64,000 nt of DNA from an uncultured Pseudomonadota bacterium (GTDB lineage: Bacteria > Vulcanimicrobiota > Vulcanimicrobiia > Eremiobacterales > Eremiobacteraceae), in assembly GCA_963736005.1 (NCBI GenBank), contig CAVTNB010000002.1:128001-192000 (forward strand), in the 5' to 3' direction. Within the stretch, counting starts at the first letter, position 1, and every line of letters begins with the position of its first letter. Both the position numbers and the translations under genes were made by a program. This document shows, piece after piece, positions 19,700-28,475 of this stretch. Under the pieces are notes generated by a model. That model saw only the letters and a program-made list of their open reading frames with translations. It was not told where the DNA came from and did not search any database.

Positions 19700-20146
19700 T
19701 TATCGGCGTTTCCACCAAGTCAGCCGCTTGCGGGCCGCATCCGGCTTTGCTTCGTATTTAGCGGCCAGCCGTAGCTCCTGGACGCTCGCAGAGAAATTGC
19801 CTCGGCGGCGATGCAGCACGCCCAGGTTGTAGTGCGCAAACGCGTAGGTCTCGTCAATGCGCAGCGCGCTTTCGTAGTATTGCTGAGCTTCATCGAGCAT
19901 GCCACGTTCGAGCATGAGATTGCCGAGGTTGACGATCGCCGAGAGGCAGCGATCGTCGACGCACAGCGCCGCTCGAAAATCCTGCTCGGCACCGCTTGGA
20001 TCGCCGCAGCGAAGACGGCAAACACCGCGTTTGGAATGTGCGAGGGCACGCTCCTCATCAGCATCGATCGCCGCGGTGAAGAGCTCCTTCGCGCGCTCAA
20101 ACTTGCCTTGCTCGAAGGCGACGACCGCTTGCGAAAACACGCTCAT
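19700..20146 (-). CDS. Tetratricopeptide repeat protein
   Basis: Three TPR units (AHSKRG, AIVNLG, AHYNLG). Confidence 0.85.
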   Translation of the reverse strand: MSVFSQAVVAFEQGKFERAKELFTAAIDADEERALAHSKRGVCRLRCGDPSGAEQDFRAALCVDDRCLSAIVNLGNLMLERGMLDEAQQYYESALRIDETYAFAHYNLGVLHRRRGNFSASVQELRLAAKYEAKPDAARKRLTWWKRR

Positions 20147-20205
20147 CTGCAGGCCTGACCGTATCGAAGGGTGGCTCGGCCCGCCGTTAGAACGCCGCTT
20201 CTCAC

Positions 20206-20892
20206 ATGCAAATTGATGTCGTCACGCTCTTTCCACAATTCTTCGAGTCAATCGTCAACGGAAGCATTCTTGGCCGCGCACAGGCAAAAGGCTTGGTGCG
20301 CATCGTGCTCCACGACCTCTGGAAGTTCGTGCCTCCGGGCGAGCGCGCCGACGACGCGCCCTATGGGGGCGGCCCTGGCATGATCATGCGCTTGGGGCCG
20401 CTGATCTCGTGTATGGAGGCATTGCTCGGCCCCGATCTGCATGTGCCCGATGGGTGCGTTGTCGTCGTTCCCTCGCCAGCGGGCGATCCTTTCAATCACA
20501 CAGAGGCCGCCAAGCTAGCGGGCCACGCAAGGATAATTTTCGTTTGCGGTCACTACGAGGGCATTGACGAGCGCTTCTTCGAGTTTGTGAAAGCGCAGGA
20601 GCTATCGCTTGGCGATTTCGTCCTGACTGGCGGTGAAATCGCAGCTCTGGCGTTCGTCGACGCCACCGTGCGCCTGCTGCCGGGAGCGATCAACGCGCAG
20701 AGCGCCGAGGCAGAGTCGTTCGCTTCGGGGGCTTTGGACTGGCCCCACTTCACGCGGCCGGCTGTCTTTCGAGGCTCGTCTGTCCCGGAAGTGCTGCTCT
20801 CTGGGGACCACGAGCGCATCGCGGCTTGGCGTACAGAGCGGGCCCGTGCTCGAACCCTAAAACGAAGACCCGACCTTCTCTCCGAACGCTGA
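20206..20892 (+). CDS. trmD: tRNA (guanine-N1)-methyltransferase
   Basis: VTLFP, DDAPYGGGPGM, CGHYEGIDER, SLGDFVLTGGE, VPEVLLSGDH. Confidence 0.97.
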   Translation: MQIDVVTLFPQFFESIVNGSILGRAQAKGLVRIVLHDLWKFVPPGERADDAPYGGGPGMIMRLGPLISCMEALLGPDLHVPDGCVVVVPSPAGDPFNHTEAAKLAGHARIIFVCGHYEGIDERFFEFVKAQELSLGDFVLTGGEIAALAFVDATVRLLPGAINAQSAEAESFASGALDWPHFTRPAVFRGSSVPEVLLSGDHERIAAWRTERARARTLKRRPDLLSER

Positions 20893-20913
20893 CGAAACCG
20901 TCATTCCATGGGG

Positions 20914-20943
20914 TTGAAGGGCTGCTTTCGGACGTGTTATACT
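20914..20943 (+). promoter_or_regulatory. Candidate sigma70 promoter of rplS
   Basis: TTGAAG-18 bp-TATACT with extended -10 TG. Confidence 0.55.
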
Positions 20944-21024
20944 CGAATTCGTCCTTATCGTTCGAACGCTGGTCGCGGCGTCGGCTCCGAAGCAGGAGCG
21001 GCGCCTTTTTAGCGGCCTCATATG

Positions 21025-21080
21025 GTAGCGGGCGACTGTCAAGTCGCCCCACACGTAGCGGGCGACTGTCAAGTCGCCCC
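21025..21080 (+). repeat. Two tandem class C REP-like hairpins (30-bp period) in the rplS leader
   Basis: GTAGCGGGCGACTGTCAAGTCGCCCC at 21025 and 21055. Confidence 0.9.
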
Positions 21081-21097
21081 ATGAAGGTGAACCACAA

Positions 21098-21443
21098 ATG
21101 GATGTCACGCGATTACTTGGCGACGCCCAGAAGAAAAAGAAGGTCGCCGAATTCGGCGCCGGAGACACGATCAAAGTTCACTCCCGCGTTACCGAAGGCA
21201 ACAAGGAGCGCATTCAGGTTTTTGAAGGCATCGTGACGGAGCGCAAGAGCGGCGGCGCTCGCCGAGACCTTCACGGTCAGACGCATCGCCCATGGCGTCG
21301 GTGTTGAGCGCTCGTTTCTCATCCACTCGCCGCGCGTCGAAAAAATCGACGTGCTGCGTCGCGGTCTCGTGCGCCGGGCCAAACTCTACTACTTGCAGGA
21401 TCGAGTCGGCAGCAAAGCCACCCGCATCAAAGAAAAAAAGTAG
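21098..21443 (+). CDS. rplS: 50S ribosomal protein L19, apparent one-base insertion near 21262
   Basis: [22 protein letters not shown], then shifted frame [16 protein letters not shown]...VRRAKLYYL. Confidence 0.95.
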
Positions 21444-21453
21444 TGCTCCTCGG

Positions 21454-22146
21454 ATGAGTCCGGTCGTCCTCGGCGCCATTCTCGGCATCTTGGCGGTGGC
21501 GCGCGTCATTTTGTGGATTGCGCCGGTCACCGTGCCCGACGAAAAGCAGCGCAGCATCGTTCGAGAGTATCTCGACGCGTTCATCATCGCTGGCGTTGTC
21601 GCGCTTGTGTTGATGCACTTTGTCGTGCGCACGTTTTGGATCCCCTCAGGTTCGATGTTGCCCACGCTGCAGATTCACGATGTGCTGCTCGCGAACGAAA
21701 TTCAGTACCGCTTCGAAAATCCAAAAGACGAGCAGATCGCGGTGTTCGAACCGCCTCCCGAGCTCGGTACGACGGATTTCATCAAACGCGTCATGGCGGC
21801 GCCCGGTGATACGCTACGCATTCACAACGGGGTCGTATATCGCAATGGGAAGGCGGTTGTCGAGCCTTATCTGCCCGCCGGACAGCGCCCAGACTACGAG
21901 CTTGAGATCAAAGATTATCAGATTGTCGTCGACGGCGTGCCGCTCGACTCGTCGCGCGCGATTGTTCCTCCCCGCTCGCAGTGGCAAGCACCAGACAAAG
22001 TGCCGAAGGGCTACTATCTCATGCTCGGCGACAACCGTAACGATTCAGATGACGGCCATCTGTGGGGATTCTTGCCGCGCACTCATTTTGTGGGGCACGC
22101 GTTTTTCGTTTTTTGGCCGCTGACGCACATGAAGGTGCTGCACTAG
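21454..22146 (+). CDS. lepB: Signal peptidase I
   Basis: IPSGSMLPTL, FIKRV, LGDNRNDS.D. Confidence 0.95.
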   Translation: MSPVVLGAILGILAVARVILWIAPVTVPDEKQRSIVREYLDAFIIAGVVALVLMHFVVRTFWIPSGSMLPTLQIHDVLLANEIQYRFENPKDEQIAVFEPPPELGTTDFIKRVMAAPGDTLRIHNGVVYRNGKAVVEPYLPAGQRPDYELEIKDYQIVVDGVPLDSSRAIVPPRSQWQAPDKVPKGYYLMLGDNRNDSDDGHLWGFLPRTHFVGHAFFVFWPLTHMKVLH

Positions 22147-22147
22147 C

Positions 22148-22637
22148 TCACAAAGTGGGGATCGCTCGCTTATCTCTCTTGCTAAACCGTTCTAAGAACC
22201 GCGCTTGCTCTTTGTGTTCTCCGTCGGGATCGAAGCCAAACCTCACTTGCTCAGCGATCGCACTATCTAGCGGCCAACCTTGAGCAATTCTCACGAGCGC
22301 ACAAAACGTTGATGTTCTGCCCTCACCCGCGTTACAATGCACAAAGATCGGACGCATCGCACGCAAGCGAACAAATTTGTAACCACTGAAGCGCCTGTTC
22401 ATCGCCGGGTGCTTGATTATTCTTGACCGGGATGTGGATAGGCTCCAAATCATCTGACGAATTCCTAACGGCTTGTCGACATCGTGCGATCGTAGGTTTA
22501 CTACTGTTTTGAACTGATTGTTCGCTAAGCCACGTATAGCCATCAAGCGTGGGTTCGGCGCCTCGCGCCAACCACGGTTCAATCCAGGCGAAATTGTTGA
22601 TCTCTTTTGAAGTTGGAATCTGTAGATCCGCACGCAT
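22148..22637 (-). CDS. Dual-specificity/tyrosine-type phosphatase, about three frameshifts (errors or pseudogene)
   Basis: Mosaic of two frames: NFAWIEPWLARGAEP / KTVVNLR / IHIPVKNNQAP / P-loop VHCNAGEGRT. Confidence 0.75.
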
Positions 22638-22987
22638 GGCATTTCCCTCGGCGGCCTTATCATACAACTCTCAATGCTTGAAAGCGATACCAGATTGACA
22701 GATGGGATACTACTGGAATGAGCTTCTATCGCCGTTCGACGGTGATCGTAAGGCACATAATTGAACGTTGAACCCAAGCTCGGATCGCGGCTTCAGTGGC
22801 CTTTATTTTCCACGTGCTCCATAGGGGACCAATTTGTGCCGCGTTGAAAGCCCGTCGCCTCAGCACCCCACTTTCTGGAGATCCCATAATGTTTTTCTCC
22901 TCACAGCGCTTCGTCTCGCATTCACCCCAATTGAGACGCCAACTTGCGGTCGGCGCGAACCCGCTGAGCGACGATCGACGGCTACCT

Positions 22988-23695
22988 TTGGGAAGGAAGA
23001 CGTTCCTATCGAGGACACTGCTGGGCGCTGCTCTCGCGCTCGCAGGATGTAAGAAACCCGACCACAACGTTGCCACAACCCTAACGCCTGAGTTCTATGA
23101 AGTTTTGAGTCCAAAAGATTACGACTTCGACGGCATGATGGCGAAGCTTCGGATTCCCAAGCCCCACAAGCAAGTTTTCTCTGCGAGTGCGATCATTGTG
23201 CAACCCGGAGCAAACTATGCTGCGCTCTTTGCGCACATGCAGTTTGCGATGAACGGCTACGACTTCTCCCTTGGGCATAGCAGCGCCAAGCTGGCGACGC
23301 TGGGGGTTGTCGCCGGTTCATCGGTCATCTTGGGTCTCAATGACGCGATGTGGCAAAAATACCAGATTGGAAAACGATTCAATGTGGCCGCGACCAATGT
23401 GTATTACCGTGCGAAGTTCAGTCTCGATCCGAACGTTTCTCCTAACGATCCCACTGGCTTGTATCAGGATTGGAGCGCGCAAGCCGTTTTGCGGCGTGGG
23501 GGTTCGTTCATGCTCTGCCACAACGCGCTGGCCAAGTTAGCGCATAGCTGCGCGGCTGCAACCGGGACAACTTCGGAAAGCGTGCTTGCCGAGATGATCC
23601 ACAATTTGCAGCCTGGCTTCATGCTGGTACCGGCTGGTGTGACGGCCGTCCAGCTCGCTCAAGAGCATGGCTGGAAAGTTTACACGGTTGCATAA
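22988..23695 (+). CDS. Exported lipoprotein with DsrE-like C-terminus; start uncertain
   Basis: Tat-like GRKTFL, lipobox LAGC, RGGSFMLCHNAL, VPAGV.AV..AQE.GW. Confidence 0.65.
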   Translation: MGRKTFLSRTLLGAALALAGCKKPDHNVATTLTPEFYEVLSPKDYDFDGMMAKLRIPKPHKQVFSASAIIVQPGANYAALFAHMQFAMNGYDFSLGHSSAKLATLGVVAGSSVILGLNDAMWQKYQIGKRFNVAATNVYYRAKFSLDPNVSPNDPTGLYQDWSAQAVLRRGGSFMLCHNALAKLAHSCAAATGTTSESVLAEMIHNLQPGFMLVPAGVTAVQLAQEHGWKVYTVA

Positions 23696-24233
23696 GACGC
23701 GAAAGATACGCCGCCATGAATTGTTGATTTTTGTCGTGATTATATTCGTGCTTCTAAGCGGCCTCAATTACGCTATCTACAATCATCGGTTGAACGCGAT
23801 CGATGTTCAGGCAGCGGCAGTTTATTATGGACACGGCGTCAACGAACCACTCTCGGCTCTCGAAAGCATCGATATAGGTCAGAGGCTCACGATCAAAAAG
23901 CATAAGTACTTCGTCAGCCGCGAAGTGATCTTTAGCTGTGCTTTGTTGTGTCGGTGAGATCGGGCTCTATGCTTTTCAACGCGGGTCAGTAAGATCGCGA
24001 GAAACGGCGACTAGACCTAGAGCGGCTTTTTCGACCGCCTGATCTTCCCGACCCCGCACCTTCTTCCGCGAGCTTAGCGATCTCGTGTTCGCTCAGATGC
24101 TCGCGTAGCGCTGACATGAGCTTTTCGTAGTCACTGCTCGGTGAACTCACGCTTCATTCGAATGTACCTGTATTGCAGGCTGACGCAACCCATGAGCCGC
24201 GTTGCGTTGTGAAAAACTGCAGCCCTAAGAGAG

Positions 24234-25199
24234 CTATGGCACCACAGTCAACTGGACAGGACCGAGAAGACCCGGGAAAGACCCAGAGGGGATTATCTGA
24301 TTGCCGCCCTGATCGTACACAGTGATAGTGCTATCGGCATTAGCCACGTAGAGGTAATCGTTGTCCGGGTTGAAAGCAATACCCAAGGGAGCGAAGTTGT
24401 TCGGGAAATTGCCTGGTGGATGGATCTGGTTACCATTTTGATCGTACACATTAATGTGGTGCGCCGTCGCATACGAGATGAGATATAGCTGCCCATTGGC
24501 AGGATCGAATGTTATGGCGAAAGGGGAATCGACATTTGGGAAACTGCCTGATGGATGGATTTGATTGCCGTCTTGATCATAGACCGTGACGCTATCGCAA
24601 CGGTTATTGGTCACGTAGAGCAGACCATTGAGCGAGTCAAAGACTATGCCGACGGGATCCGAGGCGTGTGGGAAAGTCCCCGAGGTATGGATCTGGTTGC
24701 CATCTTGATCGTAGACGGTGATGGTACTGCTATCAAAGTTGGCAACGTACAGATCGGCATTGACCGGATCAAATGCTATTCCGTAAGGGTGTGATAAGTT
24801 TGGGAATCCTCCCGACGTGGTAATTTGATTGCCGTTTTGATCATACTCGACAACGAAGTCGGTGGTGGCGCCGAGTTCGGTCGTATATAGGTGACCATTG
24901 ACCGAATCGAAGGCTATGCCGAGAGGTGATCCTTGAAGAGGGAAGCCGCCGGGTGTAGAGAGCTGATTGCCATTCTGATCATACACGGTTATAGTGCCGC
25001 TGAGGCCCGTGGGGAGGGTGAAGGCATTAGGAACGTAGATTTTGGGTGTCGATGGGGTGCCACCTGAGTTTGATTTACCGGGCTGTTTATTTAAGTTAAG
25101 CCCTGGTAGATCGCTACCACCGCCGCTGCAACCTGCGAGCACTACGGCACCAAGTAATACCGCAACCCATAGTAGCCTGGCTTGGTTCAAAGAAAGCAT
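24234..25199 (-). CDS. NHL/YncE-type beta-propeller repeat lipoprotein
   Basis: Lipobox LAGC; about six ~42-aa repeats ITVYDQ.GNQI..SG.FP...P.GI.FD. Confidence 0.85.
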   Translation of the reverse strand: MLSLNQARLLWVAVLLGAVVLAGCSGGGSDLPGLNLNKQPGKSNSGGTPSTPKIYVPNAFTLPTGLSGTITVYDQNGNQLSTPGGFPLQGSPLGIAFDSVNGHLYTTELGATTDFVVEYDQNGNQITTSGGFPNLSHPYGIAFDPVNADLYVANFDSSTITVYDQDGNQIHTSGTFPHASDPVGIVFDSLNGLLYVTNNRCDSVTVYDQDGNQIHPSGSFPNVDSPFAITFDPANGQLYLISYATAHHINVYDQNGNQIHPPGNFPNNFAPLGIAFNPDNDYLYVANADSTITVYDQGGNQIIPSGSFPGLLGPVQLTVVP

Positions 25200-25515
25200 T
25201 GCAATGGGTCCGCTTGGATGCAAGAGTAGAGCCGCGGAGCAAAACAAATTCCGAAAGACGGCGCGGAGAGCACCTCCTCAACGGAGCGCACGCAATCCTG
25301 CCCGGCTAAGTGCTTGTAGTATAGCCCGTGCTTTTTCCGCAGAACAGTGGCCTATTACCCAAGACGACCTCGGTGGGTCTTGAGAGAGAGTAACCAAGCG
25401 GTGACTCAATTTGGAACCTTCCGAACCGTGGAAGATGAACGTTCCTGGCAAACGGCAAGCTAAGTCAAATGACTGGATGAGAAATTGATAAAGTAAAATC
25501 TCAAGAATTTGGATT

Positions 25516-25908
25516 TTGCGAACGCGAGCCGATACTCTTACAGTTTATGATGAAAATGGAAACCTCCAAACAACCTCGGGCAGCTTCCCGAACCTGTCTG
25601 CACCACTTGGTATAACCTTCGATCCGCACAACCACTTCCTTTACGTTGCCAACGTCGGCAAAGGGGGAATTTTTCCGAATCTTTTAGGACCGCGCGGTAT
25701 CGCTTTCGATTCGAACAATCGCCAGCTTTACGTCACCAGTGTCATCGGTGTTAACAGCGGTACCGTTAGGGTTTTGTACGAGCACGGCGATCCAATCCTA
25801 ACGTCTGGGGCCTTTGCCAACCTATGTTCGCCCATAGGAATCGCGTTCGATGCTAACAACAGAAATCTCTACGTTGCGGATTTTGATAGAAACACTGTGC
25901 TGGTTTAA
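25516..25908 (+). pseudogene. Truncated paralog of the NHL-repeat protein
   Basis: TVYDENGN..TTSGSFPNL..P.GI.FD repeats; no signal peptide, internal deletion, only about three repeats. Confidence 0.65.
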
Positions 25909-25957
25909 AGCGCCTTGTGTTATATCCCCAGATTGATTGATCTGGGTAGTAAAATCC

Positions 25958-25975
25958 AAAGGTCCGCTGCTACAT
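25958..25975 (-). repeat. Truncated class A REP at the island boundary
   Basis: AAAGGTCCGCTGCTACAT matches the GTAG-proximal part of the 431-457 copy; second arm missing. Confidence 0.7.
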
Positions 25976-25989
25976 AGCTTGGAAGACCA

Positions 25990-26619
25990 TTGTCCGTGCT
26001 GCACCCGCTCGACAAAGCCCTCGAAGCACGGAGCCCAGCCTTAAGCGATGCGCAATTCGATGCTCTCCAGCAGAGCGTTCGATTTCGATGCCTCATTCGT
26101 CGGACAGTAGAGCTCACGCTCGAAGCGCTGGTCTTCATTGCGCTCGCCTCGGTGTTGTTTTTACGCATTCCCCAAGTCGAAGGGCGCTCGATGCTGCCCA
26201 CGATCGAAGACGGCAACCACGTCCTCATCAATACCCTGGCGTACGGACTACGGCTCGGACCACTGACCCTCGACGCCAGAGCGCCGGAACGCGGCGATAT
26301 CGTCGCCTTCGTGCGCGGCGAAGGTGACGATCGCAAGGTTTTTCTCAAACGGGTCATTGGGCTCCCTGGAGAGCGAATAGCGTTCAACAACGGACGCGTG
26401 CTGATCAACGGCGTGCTACTGGCAGAACCGTATCGTGTGTTGGTGGACCGTGCAACCATGCAGCCGGTCGTCGTTCCGAGCAGCTCAGTTTTCGTCTTAG
26501 GCGACAATCGCTCGGAGTCGGATGATTCGCGAACCTTTGGCTCTGTTTCATTGTCAACTCTCATCGGCAAAGCGCGCTTCATCATTTGGCCGATTGGCCA
26601 TGTCAAAGAAATCCGGTAA
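25990..26619 (+). CDS. lepB: Signal peptidase I, second copy
   Basis: VEGRSMLPT, FLKRVIGLPG, FVLGDNR..S.DSR.FG. Confidence 0.92.
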   Translation: MSVLHPLDKALEARSPALSDAQFDALQQSVRFRCLIRRTVELTLEALVFIALASVLFLRIPQVEGRSMLPTIEDGNHVLINTLAYGLRLGPLTLDARAPERGDIVAFVRGEGDDRKVFLKRVIGLPGERIAFNNGRVLINGVLLAEPYRVLVDRATMQPVVVPSSSVFVLGDNRSESDDSRTFGSVSLSTLIGKARFIIWPIGHVKEIR

Positions 26620-27442
26620 TGTTGAGTCGCGAGTTCCTTCGCGACAAAGCGACAAAGCGGCAGCCTCGTGGTTCCCTGGTCATATGGCCGCCGGCTTGCG
26701 CGCGGTTCTCAGCATTGCGGATCTCATCGACGTGGTGATCGAGGTGCGCGACGCAAGATTGCCGCGCTCGACGGCGGTTGCTTCGCTGCACGCGAGGCTC
26801 AAGTCCAAACCAATGCTCGTCTTGCTGAATCGCCACGACCTCGCCGACCCCGCGGGCACAGCGGCCTGGCTCGCGGATCTGGGCAAATCGGGCATTTGGG
26901 CCTGCGCTGGAATGGGAACCCGTGCGGCGAGCCTTCGCCCACTTCGATCCGCCCTGCTCGACTTTCGCGGGCGCCGCGCCCGAGTTCGGGCAGCCGTCAT
27001 CGGAGCCCCTAATACGGGCAAATCGTCTGTCATCAACGCGCTCGTCCATCGCAAGCGCACCGTCGTGCAGAACAAGGCGGGCGTCACGCGCCACGTCCGC
27101 TGGATTGCTCTGAACGAGCGGACGGATCTGCTTGACACCCCAGGCGTTCTCGAGCCCAAGATTGCGAACCAGACGAAGGCTTGGCAATTCGCCTTGTGCG
27201 GCATCCTTCCCGAAAGCGCGTTCGATCCTGAAGAAGTCGCCGAGCAATTCCATTTGTGGCTCGCGCGTCACCATCCAGACCGCGCCGGAATCGCAGACCT
27301 AGAATCTTTCGCCAGGCAGCGCGGAATGCTCAGACGTGGTGGAGAATTGGACCGCCGCAACGCGGCCCGGGCATTTCTCAAAGAATTCCGTGCGGGTGCT
27401 CTGGGCCGCATCACTTTCGAACGTCCTGGGGATGCAATGTGA
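26600..27442 (+). CDS. rbgA: Ribosome biogenesis GTPase RbgA/YlqF
   Basis: WFPGHM, EVRDARLP, GAPNTGKSS, GVTR, DTPG (circularly permuted GTPase). Confidence 0.93.
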   Translation: MSKKSGNVESRVPSRQSDKAAASWFPGHMAAGLRAVLSIADLIDVVIEVRDARLPRSTAVASLHARLKSKPMLVLLNRHDLADPAGTAAWLADLGKSGIWACAGMGTRAASLRPLRSALLDFRGRRARVRAAVIGAPNTGKSSVINALVHRKRTVVQNKAGVTRHVRWIALNERTDLLDTPGVLEPKIANQTKAWQFALCGILPESAFDPEEVAEQFHLWLARHHPDRAGIADLESFARQRGMLRRGGELDRRNAARAFLKEFRAGALGRITFERPGDAM

Positions 27443-28098
27443 AACCCAAGGAGCGACGCCGGCTCTACCGCCTCCATTCGTACGAGCGCGAAGCGTGGAA
27501 CAATGGAGCTCGCTTCGTGTGCGGGGTTGACGAGGTCGGACGCGGACCGCTTGCCGGGCCAGTCGTCGCCTGTGCGGTCGTCATCGATCAGCCCCTGTAT
27601 CTCGAGTTTCTCAACGACAGCAAAGTCGTACCCGCGCCGAGACGGGCAGAACTCAGTGAAGCCATCCGCGCGCAGGTCGTAGCCTTTTCGCTCGGCTGGG
27701 CCAATCCGGATGAAATCGACCGCATCAACATCTTGGCTGCATCCAAGGTGGCGATGAGCCGCGCGCTTGCAGGCTTGACGGTTGCCCCCTGTCGCGTGTT
27801 AGTAGACGCCGTGAACATCCCACAGTGCGCGTACCCGCAGGACCCCATCATTGACGGCGACGCGAAATCGGCAGCGATCGCCGCGGCCAGCATCATCGCA
27901 AAAGTGTTCCGCGATCGCTGGATGGATCAATACGATGCAACGTATCCGGACTATGGCTTCGCATCGCACAAAGGCTACGCGACGGCCGAGCACCTTTTGG
28001 CACTGGCCAAGCTCGGTCCAAGTCCCATCCACCGCCGGACCTACGCACCGGTTCTTTCGCCCACGTTTGACTTTCTGCTCGACAGCGCGGCGCTGTAA
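27439..28098 (+). CDS. rnhB: Ribonuclease HII
   Basis: GVDEVGRGPLAGPV, LNDSK, GDAKS.AIAAASI.AKV.RD, HKGY. Confidence 0.96.
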   Translation: MKPKERRRLYRLHSYEREAWNNGARFVCGVDEVGRGPLAGPVVACAVVIDQPLYLEFLNDSKVVPAPRRAELSEAIRAQVVAFSLGWANPDEIDRINILAASKVAMSRALAGLTVAPCRVLVDAVNIPQCAYPQDPIIDGDAKSAAIAAASIIAKVFRDRWMDQYDATYPDYGFASHKGYATAEHLLALAKLGPSPIHRRTYAPVLSPTFDFLLDSAAL

Positions 28099-28475
28099 TG
28101 CGCCGCCCCCTGGGGCGGTCGTCCTCGCGACTGGGGAACGAGGGCGAGCGCGCGACCGCGGACTACCTTTCCGCCCGCGGCTATCACATTCTCGAACGCA
28201 ATTTTCACTGCCGTGGCGGTGAGATCGATCTCGTCGCGCTCGATGGTGGCACCCTCGTTTTTGTCGAGGTCAAGCTGCGGCGCTCGCTGGCGCGAGGGGC
28301 ACCGATCGAAGCCGTGACCCCGCTCAAACAGATGCGGGTGCGCAAAGCGGCGCAAGTGTACCTCGCGTACAGCGGTCGGGTGTTCCAACGTATCCGTTTT
28401 GACGTGGTGTCCGTCATGAAGTCGGGCAAAAATACCGATATTATACATTTCAAGGCTGCTTTTGCGTCAGGCTGA
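28098..28475 (+). CDS. yraN: YraN family putative endonuclease
   Basis: G..GE..A..YL, RNF...GEIDLV, FVEVK.R, RFDVV. Confidence 0.93.
   Translation: MRRPLGRSSSRLGNEGERATADYLSARGYHILERNFHCRGGEIDLVALDGGTLVFVEVKLRRSLARGAPIEAVTPLKQMRVRKAAQVYLAYSGRVFQRIRFDVVSVMKSGKNTDIIHFKAAFASG

Noticed and set aside
21098..21443. rplS, gcvT and gcvPA as pseudogenes or programmed frameshifts
   Set aside because: Both sides of each break are well conserved, no obvious slippery motif, and similar indels occur throughout; sequencing error is simpler
23667..23957. Small membrane ORF in the island
   Set aside because: One hydrophobic stretch but no recognisable family or clear start; may be a remnant
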